A stretch of DNA of 32,000 bases from a cyanobacterium endosymbiont of Braarudosphaera bigelowii (GCF_020885515.1 NZ_AP024987.1:1110001-1142000); one strand, 5' to 3'; counted from the first letter of the stretch, positions 9,505-19,768 are shown. Made by a program: numbers and translations. The notes: generated by a model not told the origin, from the sequence alone.

Positions 9505-10014
9505 ATGAAAGCCGATTTTAAAATGAACCACTTTTCTTCTACTAGATTATTTCCAGATGCTACTAATCTAAGGCCAAATCATATTTCACAATTAGTTAAA
9601 GAAAAATACCCTTCAGAAATTAGAAGGAAATCGGCTTGGCATATTTCTCCCAATATATTTTTAAGCTTTCAATATGCCTGGACAGGTATCTGCTATACTT
9701 TTGCTACACAGCGTAATTTCCGCATCCATACTGCTATGACATTCATTGCGATTGGTATCTCTGGATTTTTAAAAGTCAATTCAGTTAGTATGGCTATTAT
9801 TACTCTTACTTGTGCATTGGTGCTAATTCTAGAACTACTTAATACAGCTCTGGAATCAATTGTTGATTTGACTGTTGGTCAATCATATCACGAACTAGCA
9901 AAAGTTGCTAAGGATTGTGCTGCAGGTTCTGTTTTGATCTCGGCTTTTGCAGCTTTATTAGTTGCGTTTTTCATTATTATTCCACCCATTATAGACACAA
10001 ATTTTAACTCATAA
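9505..10014 (+). CDS. dgkA: Diacylglycerol kinase (prokaryotic DgkA family)
   Basis: 169 aa, three hydrophobic helices. Motifs RNFRIH, ELLNTALESIVDL and AKDCAAGSVL are DgkA signatures. The true start could be the downstream Met (MNHF, 9523). Confidence 0.82.
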   Translation: MKADFKMNHFSSTRLFPDATNLRPNHISQLVKEKYPSEIRRKSAWHISPNIFLSFQYAWTGICYTFATQRNFRIHTAMTFIAIGISGFLKVNSVSMAIITLTCALVLILELLNTALESIVDLTVGQSYHELAKVAKDCAAGSVLISAFAALLVAFFIIIPPIIDTNFNS

Positions 10015-10155
10015 TATTAGCAAATTAATTCTGTTTCTAAAGTCAAAATAATATAATATTTTTTTACCATCTAATTTTGCATTACCAACAATTAAAATCT
10101 AATTTAAGTTTAAGTATTTAAAGAGTTCACAAATATATTTTATCTTTTAATATCT

Positions 10156-10962
10156 ATGATGAAAAGACGACAATTTATAACCTATTCTGGCATTAGTGCT
10201 TTGTTTTTTTCTAAGTTATTTCCAAGTTTTCATTTTTCATCTCTAGCTGCTCAAGAGACTAATTCAAGTACTTTGTCCATTAAGTATCTAGGACATACAT
10301 GTTTTTTATTTAGCGGTGGTGGCTTAAGAGTTCTAGTTAATCCTTTTTTAACTATTGGATGTACTGCAGGTTATCGTTTACCAAATGTTGAAGCAGATTT
10401 AGTTATAACTAGTAGTCATATGTGGGATGAAGGAGCTGCTGATGGCTTACCTGGTACTCCTCGTATGTTGCATGAACCAGGAGTATATAAAATCAATGGA
10501 TTAGGATTTCAAGGTATTAGTATTGATCACGATAGAAAAGGTGGTAAACAATTTGGGAACAATGTCGCTTGGCGTTGGACGCAAGCAGGTATGCATATAG
10601 TTCATCTAGGTGGAGCAGCAGCACCAATTGATTTAGAACAAAAAATTTTATTAGGTAATCCTGATATTGCCTGTATTCCAGTAGGTGGTGGTCCAAAAGC
10701 TTATAATGCAGTAGAAGGAAGACAAGCAATGCAAGTCTTAAATCCTAAAATAATGATTCCCACTCATTACCGTACTTCTGCTGCTGATACAGAAAATTGT
10801 GATATTGATCCATTGAATAACTTTTTAGAATTAGAAAAAAGTACAAATATTAAAAAAATACATAGTGATCAGCTTTCTTTAACTTCTAAAGATTTGCCTC
10901 AACAGGATACACATATATACATATTTGATCACGAATCGTTATTAGTAAATAAAAGAATTTAA
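10156..10962 (+). CDS. Exported MBL-fold (beta-lactamase superfamily) hydrolase with a twin-arginine signal
   Basis: 268 aa. The N-terminus MMKRRQFITYSGISALFF...SLAAQE looks like a Tat signal (RRxF). LSIKYLGHTCFLFSGGGLRVLVNPF and PTHY match the UlaG/Lactamase_B_3-like fold. The usual HxHxDH is replaced by SHMWDEG. Confidence 0.65.
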   Translation: MMKRRQFITYSGISALFFSKLFPSFHFSSLAAQETNSSTLSIKYLGHTCFLFSGGGLRVLVNPFLTIGCTAGYRLPNVEADLVITSSHMWDEGAADGLPGTPRMLHEPGVYKINGLGFQGISIDHDRKGGKQFGNNVAWRWTQAGMHIVHLGGAAAPIDLEQKILLGNPDIACIPVGGGPKAYNAVEGRQAMQVLNPKIMIPTHYRTSAADTENCDIDPLNNFLELEKSTNIKKIHSDQLSLTSKDLPQQDTHIYIFDHESLLVNKRI

Positions 10963-10993
10963 CTTATATCAAATCTTCAACATCATGGCTAAA

Positions 10994-13225
10994 TTAATTC
11001 TCTCCTAAAACTTCATGGAAATTAAATTCCGGAGCAGCTAACACAAATATTATTGTTGGTAATGCTTTAGTCCATTGCTGTAGCTTTTCATAGTTAGGAA
11101 CAAATGATTTATCAGGGGAGGGCATACCTAAAAACACAAAATCTGCTCCGATCGAAGACTGTTCTAGAATAGTCGTAAAATTACGTCCATTAGAAAGAAT
11201 GACTTCTGATGTCGCACCAATTCTTAGGTCTTGAACTAATTTTCCTAGATTTTGCTGGGCCTCTTTAACAGCACTTTCGTCGGTAACTACTAGCTTCAAA
11301 TGAATTTTCCCTTTTCTCCACTGGGGGTTAGAGCATAGTAAATAGGCTAAAACTAGCATCAAACTACCATTGCCTTGTCTTCCACCACTCCACCACACAT
11401 CTATATGGCAACGACGATTTTTAGATTCTTTCCACGGGTTATATAATAAATCAGGATTTTCTCTTAAGACGATTACATTTCTTTGTGCTTTGTGAAAATT
11501 AGCTATCATTTGACAATAACGTTTACGGTGAGTAGCTTGTTGAGAGTCACCTAATAAAATTGTATTTGGAACAATTGATCCCAAGCCATAAGTTTCCACT
11601 AACCGCTCTGCTCCATCAAATGGATCAGGAGCTGTTACCAATCTAACTAAAGCTTTTACTCCTCTTCGCTGCAAGTAATCTCTAATACGCTTTTCCAGAA
11701 TTGCCTGTCGTGCTACATCGCGTGAACCTACAGGCAAAACACTAGAAACAGTTATTAAACCACGATTATAAGTTAGAGCCTGTGCTAGCTGAATTAAAGG
11801 CCAACGTTTAGTTGGTGCCCCAGATAATACTAAAAATTGAGGTCGCCAATTTTTAGTATCATTAGTATGGTCAGTCTGTAAAATAGCCATTCGGAGAACG
11901 GCCATCCAAACACCTCGCCTTACATCTCCCCAAGTTGCCGATAATTCTCTTTGACGTACCCAAAAATAAATGCTTATAACTACTACTCCTGCTACACAAG
12001 TAGCTATCGTATCAATTAAAAACATTACCCCTAAACAACCTATTGCACCTAACCATGAGAATAGCCAATGTACTCTAAAAGAAGGACGAAATGAAGGACT
12101 GTTTAATACACCTTCCACCCCAGCAGAAATGTTTAAAACTAAGTAGGTAGTTAAAAAGAACATCGTTAAGATTGGAGCTATTAAATTTAAATCTCCAATA
12201 CACACTGCTGCAAGAGCTATTACAAAAGTAACTAAAGTTCCTATTTTTGGCTCATCATCTGGGCCACTACCTTGACCTAGGAATCTCATCCATGTTGGTA
12301 AAATACCATCTCTAGCCAAAGCCTGAAGAATACGCGGGGCACCCAATATGCTACCAATTGCACTACTTAAGGTTGCTCCCCAAACTCCAACAGAAATAGC
12401 TGGTCCCCAAAGTGCCATTCTTTGCATTATTAAGGGTTCTGCTATTAAAGTACTGCCATTGGCACGCATCGCTAAAAATATCGGTAATGTAATATAAATC
12501 AAAAATCCTGTACCTACAGCAGCTAAAGTGCCAATAGGTAAAGATCTAATTGGGTCACGTAGATCTCCTGACATATTGACACCAGCCATAATGCCTGTTA
12601 CAGCTGGAAAAAAAACTGCAAAAACAGCCCAGAAAGGTTCTCTATCAGTTACCCACATTTCTACATTAACTTCTTCAACAGGATAGCCAAAATAGAAAGA
12701 TAATAAGGAAACAGCAATAGCAGCCATGATAAAGTATTGTGCTTTTATTGCTATTTTTGCTGACGTTATACTTATTATTCCGACTCCAATTGTTACAACC
12801 AGAGCAATATAAAGTTGATTAAGATTCAGCATAGGGAAAGCAGCCACAACACTTTCAGCAAAACCAATAGTGTAAAGAGCGACAGACAAAGCTTGAGCAA
12901 AATATAATGGAATACCTACTGCACCACCAGTCTCAATACCAAGAGAACGACTGATCATATAGTAAGCTCCTCCAGTTCTGATAATGCGATCTGTAGCTAT
13001 AGCACACACAGAAAGAGCTGTAAAAAAAGTTATGGAATTAGCTAGAATAACGATTAGAATTGCTCCCATCAATCCTGCGTTACCAACTACCCAGCCAAAG
13101 CGAAGATACATGATCACACCAAGGATAGTAAGAGTTGAGGGAGTATAAACACCTCCGAAAGTTTCTAATCCTTGTTTTTTATTAGTTTTTTTGGCGGGGG
13201 AAAAAAATTGAAAGAGCAATTTCAC
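10994..13225 (-). CDS. Cation-chloride cotransporter homologue (SLC12 / amino-acid-permease superfamily with a large cytoplasmic C-terminal domain)
   Basis: 743 aa, GTG start. The N-terminal block LETFGGVYTPSTLTILGVIMYLRFGWVVGNAGL is the CCC signature. About 12 hydrophobic segments are followed by a ~300-aa soluble domain (..WRPQFLVLSG..). Confidence 0.8.
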   Translation of the reverse strand: MKLLFQFFSPAKKTNKKQGLETFGGVYTPSTLTILGVIMYLRFGWVVGNAGLMGAILIVILANSITFFTALSVCAIATDRIIRTGGAYYMISRSLGIETGGAVGIPLYFAQALSVALYTIGFAESVVAAFPMLNLNQLYIALVVTIGVGIISITSAKIAIKAQYFIMAAIAVSLLSFYFGYPVEEVNVEMWVTDREPFWAVFAVFFPAVTGIMAGVNMSGDLRDPIRSLPIGTLAAVGTGFLIYITLPIFLAMRANGSTLIAEPLIMQRMALWGPAISVGVWGATLSSAIGSILGAPRILQALARDGILPTWMRFLGQGSGPDDEPKIGTLVTFVIALAAVCIGDLNLIAPILTMFFLTTYLVLNISAGVEGVLNSPSFRPSFRVHWLFSWLGAIGCLGVMFLIDTIATCVAGVVVISIYFWVRQRELSATWGDVRRGVWMAVLRMAILQTDHTNDTKNWRPQFLVLSGAPTKRWPLIQLAQALTYNRGLITVSSVLPVGSRDVARQAILEKRIRDYLQRRGVKALVRLVTAPDPFDGAERLVETYGLGSIVPNTILLGDSQQATHRKRYCQMIANFHKAQRNVIVLRENPDLLYNPWKESKNRRCHIDVWWSGGRQGNGSLMLVLAYLLCSNPQWRKGKIHLKLVVTDESAVKEAQQNLGKLVQDLRIGATSEVILSNGRNFTTILEQSSIGADFVFLGMPSPDKSFVPNYEKLQQWTKALPTIIFVLAAPEFNFHEVLGEN

Positions 13226-13346
13226 AGGTTATTAAAAATAAATCTAATTAATCACAGATATTATGCCAGATTTTTTGATACTGCTAAATGTTTAACTAAT
13301 AATTTACTATGTTATTAATTAAATGTGTGATGGTTAATGTATTGTA

Positions 13347-14060
13347 CTATTCTTTTTTTAGTTCATCGTCACTTGTCTCAAGAACATTTTCTTCCTTCTG
13401 AGATATACGCTTTTTTCGGTCAAATTCCAATGAATCTTCAATAGCTGTTAACAACTGTTGCATTTTCTCTAAGTTACCACAGTATACTTCAAGGTCTTTT
13501 TGTATTTTTTCCGATGAAAGTTTTAAATCATTAGCTATCTGATTTATTGCCTTATTATACTCTTCCTTACTTTCTACTAAGTCAGAGCTAATTTTTTCTA
13601 GTAAAGAATATAAACCAATAGCTAATAAACGACTATATTTAAACTTAGAATTTTCAGCTATAGAATAATAAGATTTCCAAAGTAACTTTTCATTAATTTC
13701 TTCTTGAGATAATCTTACAATATTTCCTTTAAAATCTGAAACAGATAGCATTTCAGCTTCATGTAATATAGTATCTGATTCCTCTAGATATCGTTTGGTA
13801 TCTCCTCCAGTCGATTTACACAATGCATCAAATATTAGATCTTGATGATCATCCGGTTGATACCCATACATGAATTTTTTGAATAAGGTAACAACTCCTA
13901 AAGCATAAATGGGATTATATTGGTAATCTGCATTTACTGATAGTAAATGCATTTCTACTAGGAGCTCTTCTATAAATCGTCTATAAATTGAGCTGATTGG
14001 TCTAGTAAAGAAATTGTAGAACTCACGTTTTGTATCAGAAACAGTACGAATATTATCCAC
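13347..14060 (-). CDS. thf1: Thylakoid formation protein Thf1 / Psb29
   Basis: 237 aa, GTG start. MDNIRTVSDTKREFY...RPISSIYRRFIEELLVEMHLLSVN...YNPIYALGVVT.F..FM.GY.P is near-identical in pattern to cyanobacterial Thf1. Charged C-terminal tail. Confidence 0.9.
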   Translation of the reverse strand: MDNIRTVSDTKREFYNFFTRPISSIYRRFIEELLVEMHLLSVNADYQYNPIYALGVVTLFKKFMYGYQPDDHQDLIFDALCKSTGGDTKRYLEESDTILHEAEMLSVSDFKGNIVRLSQEEINEKLLWKSYYSIAENSKFKYSRLLAIGLYSLLEKISSDLVESKEEYNKAINQIANDLKLSSEKIQKDLEVYCGNLEKMQQLLTAIEDSLEFDRKKRISQKEENVLETSDDELKKE

Positions 14061-14227
14061 GAAATAGATTGTAAATTATTTTTAATGATGGTCTTTAGTT
14101 ATTCTCTCTTGTAAAGTACTATTTTGCAAAGTAAGTCATATAAAAATTTAAATGTAACTTATTCTGATTATCCTTAATAAGGAATAAAATTGAATTTAGT
14201 GAGCGTAGAATTTAATAATCATAATAT

Positions 14228-14926
14228 TCAAGAATAAATTTTTAATTCGCATTGGCAAGACAATTTACCATAATTTAAAGAAAGTTGATTAATACAAAAA
14301 TCAGGTCCTAAATCTAATAATATTTCCCTATCTAAACAAGTATCTAACCCAGATAAACCTCTGATCTCGACTTCTTTTAAGCTAAGAGTTTGAGTAGAAG
14401 TTATGTTTGGTCTCAACTTAATTGTGATAGATTCAATTACCTCCTCGTATAGTGATACTACTTGTATGGTTATATTAGAACAATCAATATTAATCTCCTT
14501 CAACTGAAAAGTCATATTACTTATTCTTCGTGAAAATTTTGTAAACTCTTTATGTTCCAATAAAATATTCAAAAGATATTTAATGCTATCCTGAAGCATT
14601 GTTGACGAAATAGATGCTTTCAAACTTTCATTACTTATAGCAACTTCTCCAGATATTTTAATATCTTTTAGTAATTTTAAAGATTGTCCTCTTAAAATTT
14701 GACCTACGTTTATGCGAATATTCCTCGCTTTTAACTTAATTTCTTCTAAAGATAATCCTTTATAAACTAGTTGATGGCTATCTAATATTATTTCAGGTAT
14801 ATAACCGCTTAAAAACTGATAATCACTACCTTCAATAGATAAATTCAAGGTCTCTAGTTTTTCGACCTGTGAATTTAACCAAAGCTTTAAAGCAGGAGTT
14901 AATATCTTTGTAATAATTTTGCTCAT
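14228..14926 (-). CDS. DUF2993-like (LmeA-type) conserved cyanobacterial protein
   Basis: 232 aa. ...ALKLWLNSQVEKLETLNLSIEGSDYQFLSGYIPEIILDSHQLVYKGLSLEEIKLKARNIRINVGQILRGQSLKLL matches my recollection of the DUF2993 N-terminal pattern. No search was done. Confidence 0.55.
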   Translation of the reverse strand: MSKIITKILTPALKLWLNSQVEKLETLNLSIEGSDYQFLSGYIPEIILDSHQLVYKGLSLEEIKLKARNIRINVGQILRGQSLKLLKDIKISGEVAISNESLKASISSTMLQDSIKYLLNILLEHKEFTKFSRRISNMTFQLKEINIDCSNITIQVVSLYEEVIESITIKLRPNITSTQTLSLKEVEIRGLSGLDTCLDREILLDLGPDFCINQLSLNYGKLSCQCELKIYS

Positions 14927-15215
14927 ATTAAATATTTTGGCTAAACAATAAATTTATTATTTTGTAAATCTTCGCTATGTTAACCTTAGTTATATTTTTC
15001 TTGTAAAGTTTTAAGTTCAATAATTTAACTTTTAATTGATTTTTTCTGTTGATTATCATCCCGAGACTATAGAAAAATATTAAATCGTTTAAAATCTCGT
15101 TATATCTACATGCATCTGATGCTTAGCAACATTGTTGATTTCAGCATTCTAGGAAATAACAATAAACAATTACTCTATTTAAGAAATTACTAGAATTCAC
15201 CATAAAATTAACTAT

Positions 15216-16187
15216 ATGAAAAATAAAGAAAATTTATTAAGTATTGCGCCAATGATGGATCGAACTGATCGTCATTTTCGTTACTTTATAAGACAAATTA
15301 CCAAACATACTCTACTGTATACGGAAATGATATCTACAGCAGCTATTCAAAATGGTAATAAATCAAAACTTTTAGATTTTTCGCCCGAGGAAAAGCCTTT
15401 ATCTCTACAATTAGGGGGTAATGACCCTTATATACTAGGTAAATGCGCAGTAGTGGCAGAAGACTGGGGGTATGATGAAGTGAATTTAAATGTTGGGTGT
15501 CCTAGTGATAGAGTGCAAGACGGACGCTTTGGAGCTTGTTTGATGGCTGAGCCAGAATTAGTGGCTAAGTCAGTTGAAAAAATGAAAAATTCAGTTAGTA
15601 TACCAATTACAGTAAAGCATAGAATTGGTATTGACAATCATGATGATTATGATAGCTTAAAGAACTTTGTACGTATAGTTTCGGAATCTGGATGTGAAAA
15701 ATTCACGGTGCATGCCCGTAAAGCTTGGTTAAAAGGGTTAAGTCCAAAAGAAAATCGTAATATTCCTCCTTTAAGGTATCAGGATGTCTATCGTCTTAAG
15801 GAAGATTTTCCTCATCTTATTATTGAAATTAATGGAGGAATCATTAGTCTAGAGCAGGTAAGTAATCACTTACAATTTGTTAATTCTGTTATGCTAGGAA
15901 GAGCAGCTTATGATAATCCTTATCTACTGGCTACGGTAGATAGAAAATTTTATCAAAGTAAAGCCTTACCATTAACTCGCTATCAGATTATAGAAAATAC
16001 ACTACCTTACATAGAATATTGGACAAGTCGCGGTTTAAAATTACACAATATCACTAGACATCTTTTAGCTTTATTTTTAGGTATGTCTGGAACTAAAGAA
16101 TGGAAAAAATATATTGGCAAAAATTCTCATTTTATTGGTCAAGATTCTAAGACTATTCTTTATGCACTAGATAAAGTAAAAAACTAA
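15216..16187 (+). CDS. dusA: tRNA-dihydrouridine(20/20a) synthase DusA
   Basis: 323 aa. SIAPMMDRTDRHFRYF..........LYTEM, NLNVGCPS.RVQ.GRFGACLM and HARKAWL.GLSPKENR.IPPL are DusA-specific blocks. Confidence 0.9.
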   Translation: MKNKENLLSIAPMMDRTDRHFRYFIRQITKHTLLYTEMISTAAIQNGNKSKLLDFSPEEKPLSLQLGGNDPYILGKCAVVAEDWGYDEVNLNVGCPSDRVQDGRFGACLMAEPELVAKSVEKMKNSVSIPITVKHRIGIDNHDDYDSLKNFVRIVSESGCEKFTVHARKAWLKGLSPKENRNIPPLRYQDVYRLKEDFPHLIIEINGGIISLEQVSNHLQFVNSVMLGRAAYDNPYLLATVDRKFYQSKALPLTRYQIIENTLPYIEYWTSRGLKLHNITRHLLALFLGMSGTKEWKKYIGKNSHFIGQDSKTILYALDKVKN

Positions 16188-16819
16188 TTTTTTCTAATAA
16201 CTCTAACCATATAGATTTGTGAATCTAGCAATGGTTTATTATCTATAGTTTTAAACTCAAAAAATACTTAAATTATCTAGTTTTATTTTAATAAATAGAA
16301 GATATATATTAATTTTACAATAACGTTTATATTGAAAACACCACATTTTGATTTTTTATTTAGACTTATTAAAAACCTATCTTTTAGAAAATAGAGATGT
16401 TACAGCGAATGGTTGAATGATACGATATGAGAAGACTTGGCAACTTATATTATCACAATACGAATTATAAAAATCAAACAATTCAATAGATTTAATTGTT
16501 TTAAACCATTATAAACATATTCGAAAAAATAGAAAGTATAAGAGTATAATAAAAGATTTGACAATTTTGATTAGTTTTATACATAACCTATAACAAGAGA
16601 AAATATTCGTTTTTGACTTTTGCAACCTTAAATAAGATAAATTCTAAATTAACTTTATTTAAGGTGGAGAGACTTATATATTCTTATTGAGACTTTAATA
16701 TGCAAAAAAATTAATATTAGTTACTGACCTAATTAAAATAGTAATTAATGCTTATATTATTTTTAGATTTTATTTTCTAACGTACAAATGTTGACTGTCT
16801 TATTGTTTAATAAATAATT

Positions 16820-16890
16820 ATCTTTTTTAGTATTAACTGAGGAGATTCTAGTATTTTACTAGAATCTCCTCAGTTAATACTAAAAAAGAT
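16820..16890. repeat. 71-bp perfect palindrome (34-bp arms 16820-16853 / 16857-16890, 3-nt loop), 15 nt downstream of folE
   Basis: Checked base by base (i pairs with 33710-i). The arm is atcttttttagtattaactgaggagattctagta. The T6 run is on the 5' side and the A6 run on the 3' side, so both sit inside the stem. Confidence 0.92.
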
Positions 16891-16905
16891 TCTCAAATTA
16901 TTCAT

Positions 16906-17616
16906 TTAAAAAGGCTTTGGTTGGTGACGAACTAAGTTGAGAAACTCTTCTCGAGTTTTTTGTTCTTCGTTAAATTTACCGACCATTGTACTAGTTACAG
17001 TCCAAGAGCCAGGCTTTTGGACCCCTCGCATTACCATACACATATGGCTAGCTTCCATAACAACTGCAACACCACGTGGTTCTAAGACCTCCTGAATAGC
17101 ATCAGCAATTTGACGGGTCAGACGTTCTTGTACTTGCAAGCGACGCGAATACATTTCTACAATCCGAGCTAATTTACTCAACCCAATCACTTTGTTGTTA
17201 GGTATATAAGCAACATGAGCACGTCCCATAAATGGCAACATATGATGTTCACATAAACTAAAAAAGTTAATGTCTCTTATCAAAACCATTTCATTATGTC
17301 CTTCATCAAAAATAGCTCCATTGACTAATTCAGCCAAAGACTGATTATAGCCTGCTGTTAGAAACTCCATGGAAGTTGCAACACGATATGGAGTTTTTAA
17401 TAATCCTTCACGATTAGGATCTTCTCCTAGTGCTTCAAGAATAGAATAAACAGCATCTTCTATTTTTTTTATATTTACATCCAGATTATTTGGGTCTGTA
17501 GATTTTTGTTTATTGTGATTATTTTGAGTATTAATTTGATCAACTAAATCGGAATTAAGATTATTAGAACTGTTTGATTTAGAAGAATTGAATCTGTTAG
17601 AAGAATCTCTTGTCAT
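16906..17616 (-). CDS. folE: GTP cyclohydrolase I (FolE type 1A)
   Basis: 236 aa. [54 protein letters not shown] and HMCMVMRGV are the catalytic blocks. It has an unusual ~50-aa Asn/Ser-rich N-terminal extension. Confidence 0.92.
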   Translation of the reverse strand: MTRDSSNRFNSSKSNSSNNLNSDLVDQINTQNNHNKQKSTDPNNLDVNIKKIEDAVYSILEALGEDPNREGLLKTPYRVATSMEFLTAGYNQSLAELVNGAIFDEGHNEMVLIRDINFFSLCEHHMLPFMGRAHVAYIPNNKVIGLSKLARIVEMYSRRLQVQERLTRQIADAIQEVLEPRGVAVVMEASHMCMVMRGVQKPGSWTVTSTMVGKFNEEQKTREEFLNLVRHQPKPF

Positions 17617-17643
17617 AGTTAAAGTAAAATGCTGATCTAATTA

Positions 17644-18372
17644 TTAAAGGTTCCCACAACTAGGTAAAATCGTTATTTCTTCAATGACGGCCTCTACTGG
17701 TAATAGTGCCACATGAAGAATGGTTTGTGCGACTAAATCAGGAGTGAGCATAACAGTACGGTCAAAATTTTTTTGAACAGTGATTGTATCCCATATTGGT
17801 GTACTGACAGCCCCAGGCATAATTGTTGTTACACGAATACCGTTGCTTCGTTCTTCTTCCGCTAGTATCTTAGAAAAAGATAAAAGTGCAGCCTTACTTA
17901 CAGAATATGCTCCCCAGTTAGGAAAAATATTTGTTGCTGCAGTAGAAGAAATATTAATGATAGTTCCTTTCATATGTTTTCGCATATGAGGTAAAACTCC
18001 CTGAACACATTGAAAAACACTAGTTAAATTTAAATTAAGTACTTTTTGCCAATCTGTTAAAGATGTTTCTCTCAAGAAATTGGTATACCCTATACCAGCA
18101 TTGTTAACAATAATGTCAATACTATTAAAGTCACTAATTATTTCTTGGATTCGCATCGATACCATATCTAATTCACTTAAATCTATTACGTATGGTTTTA
18201 CTTTAACGCCTTCCTTTATCGATTCTTTAGCTACATTCTCTAGAGATTCTAAGGAACGACCAACCAAAGCAGTATTAATACCTGCACGAGCAAAAGCTAA
18301 ACTAGTTGCTTTTCCAATACCGCTACTGGCTCCAGTAATAATCGCATTTAATTTAATTGAGGAAGAACTCAT
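17644..18372 (-). CDS. Short-chain dehydrogenase/reductase (classical SDR), substrate unknown
   Basis: 242 aa. Cofactor motif ITGASSGIGKA, NNAG, and catalytic S...YSVSKAAL. It ends 27 bp upstream of folE on the same strand. Confidence 0.85.
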   Translation of the reverse strand: MSSSSIKLNAIITGASSGIGKATSLAFARAGINTALVGRSLESLENVAKESIKEGVKVKPYVIDLSELDMVSMRIQEIISDFNSIDIIVNNAGIGYTNFLRETSLTDWQKVLNLNLTSVFQCVQGVLPHMRKHMKGTIINISSTAATNIFPNWGAYSVSKAALLSFSKILAEEERSNGIRVTTIMPGAVSTPIWDTITVQKNFDRTVMLTPDLVAQTILHVALLPVEAVIEEITILPSCGNL

Positions 18373-18648
18373 AGTATAATGAAGGCCTTTAGCTGATTTC
18401 TTAAGAAAAATATATAAGTTAGCTAAGAATTATCTAAATAACAGAGTTAAAGATCAGATATGCTTAATTGCTACCTAATATTCATTGGGCTTAGAACTTC
18501 AATATCATTAGAGGGAAAAATCTTTATGAACTTGAAGCTAGTCAATACTTAAGGTGAACTTAAGGATTTGTCCTAAGTCTCCCATAATATTATGATAGCA
18601 TTTCCTAGAAAATTCTGTTAGCAAGTTAAAAAAACTCACTTTTTAAAT

Positions 18649-19647
18649 TTATTGATAACCTGGACAATCTGACCCTGGATCAAAAAATATACCTATTTTT
18701 CGGAACTTTTCATATCTTAATTCTTTCCTTGTCTTTATGGTCGAACTGGATAATTCATCAAGATTCTGAAGCAACACTTTTTTTAAAATTACTGCAGTTT
18801 CTAGTGGTTTTACATGAGCACCACCAGAAGGCTCAGGTATGATAGAGTCAATGATGTTTAATCTTTTAAGATCATTTGCTGTAATTTTAAGAGCAGTCGC
18901 AGCTTGTGAGGATTTTTTTGCATCTTTCCAAAGAATAGCAGCACAAGCTTCAGGAGTTGCTACAGTATAAACTGAGTGTTCGAGCATAAGGATTCTGTCT
19001 CCAACTCCAATACCCAATGCTCCTCCTGAGCCTCCTTCTCCAATAACAGTACAAATAATAGGAACATCGAAACTAAACATTCTACGAAGATTGAATGCGA
19101 TTGCTTCTCCCTGACCAAGCTTTTCAGCTTCTACACCAGCCCAAGCCCCTGGAGTGTCGATAAAAGTTAAAATTGGCATAAAAAACTGATTCGCATGCTC
19201 CATTAAACGAATAGCTTTACGATATCCTCCAGGAGCCGGCATACCAAAATTTCTTGCTACATTATCTTTAGTATCTCTTCCTTTCTGATGACCAAGAATT
19301 ACTACAGGACGACCTCCTATACGAGCAATTCCACCTACTAAGGCAGGATCATCATAGCCTCCACGATCACCATGTAATTCTATCCATTCATCAGTAATTG
19401 ATTGGATATAGTCTAAAGTACTTGGACGACGAGGATGGCGAGCAAGTTGTAGGCGTTGAGATGGAGTTAAACCATTAAAAATTTCTCTCCTCAAATTTTC
19501 TGCACGATTTCCAAGTTGAGTAATTTGCTCAGTAACATCCACATTGTTTTCTTTGGCCAATCTTCGAATTTGCTCAATTCGAGCCTCTAATTCCCATAAT
19601 GGCTTTTCGAAATCTAGTAAAAAGACGCGGCGCTCATTTTTATTCAT
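18649..19647 (-). CDS. accA: Acetyl-CoA carboxylase carboxyltransferase subunit alpha
   Basis: 332 aa. [46 protein letters not shown], and [15 protein letters not shown] are AccA consensus blocks. Confidence 0.93.
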   Translation of the reverse strand: MNKNERRVFLLDFEKPLWELEARIEQIRRLAKENNVDVTEQITQLGNRAENLRREIFNGLTPSQRLQLARHPRRPSTLDYIQSITDEWIELHGDRGGYDDPALVGGIARIGGRPVVILGHQKGRDTKDNVARNFGMPAPGGYRKAIRLMEHANQFFMPILTFIDTPGAWAGVEAEKLGQGEAIAFNLRRMFSFDVPIICTVIGEGGSGGALGIGVGDRILMLEHSVYTVATPEACAAILWKDAKKSSQAATALKITANDLKRLNIIDSIIPEPSGGAHVKPLETAVILKKVLLQNLDELSSSTIKTRKELRYEKFRKIGIFFDPGSDCPGYQ

Positions 19648-19768
19648 CAGTCATTATGATAAATTAATAGTCTATGGTAGATTGATATGATTAAGATAAA
19701 AAATAACCGTAGTTACTTAAAATCAACTGGTCTAATAAAATTAGTATTTTTATGTTGCTTTTTAGTAT

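Noticed and set aside
10517-10729. 70-aa minus-strand ORF inside the MBL hydrolase gene
   Set aside because: It is an antisense shadow ORF (Leu/Tyr/His-rich, repetitive) and the sense gene has clear family features.
15100-15125. Small palindrome GCATC-t-GATGC in the divergent DUF2993/dusA promoter region as a possible operator
   Set aside because: It has only 5-bp half-sites, occurs once, and no cognate regulator gene is nearby. The evidence is insufficient.
15428-15637. 69-aa minus-strand ORF inside dusA
   Set aside because: It is an antisense shadow of a strongly supported gene and has no recognisable motif.
17780-18379. Two plus-strand ORFs (17780-17989 and 18080-18379) inside the SDR gene
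   Set aside because: Both are antisense to an SDR with intact cofactor and catalytic motifs, and their sequences are low-information.
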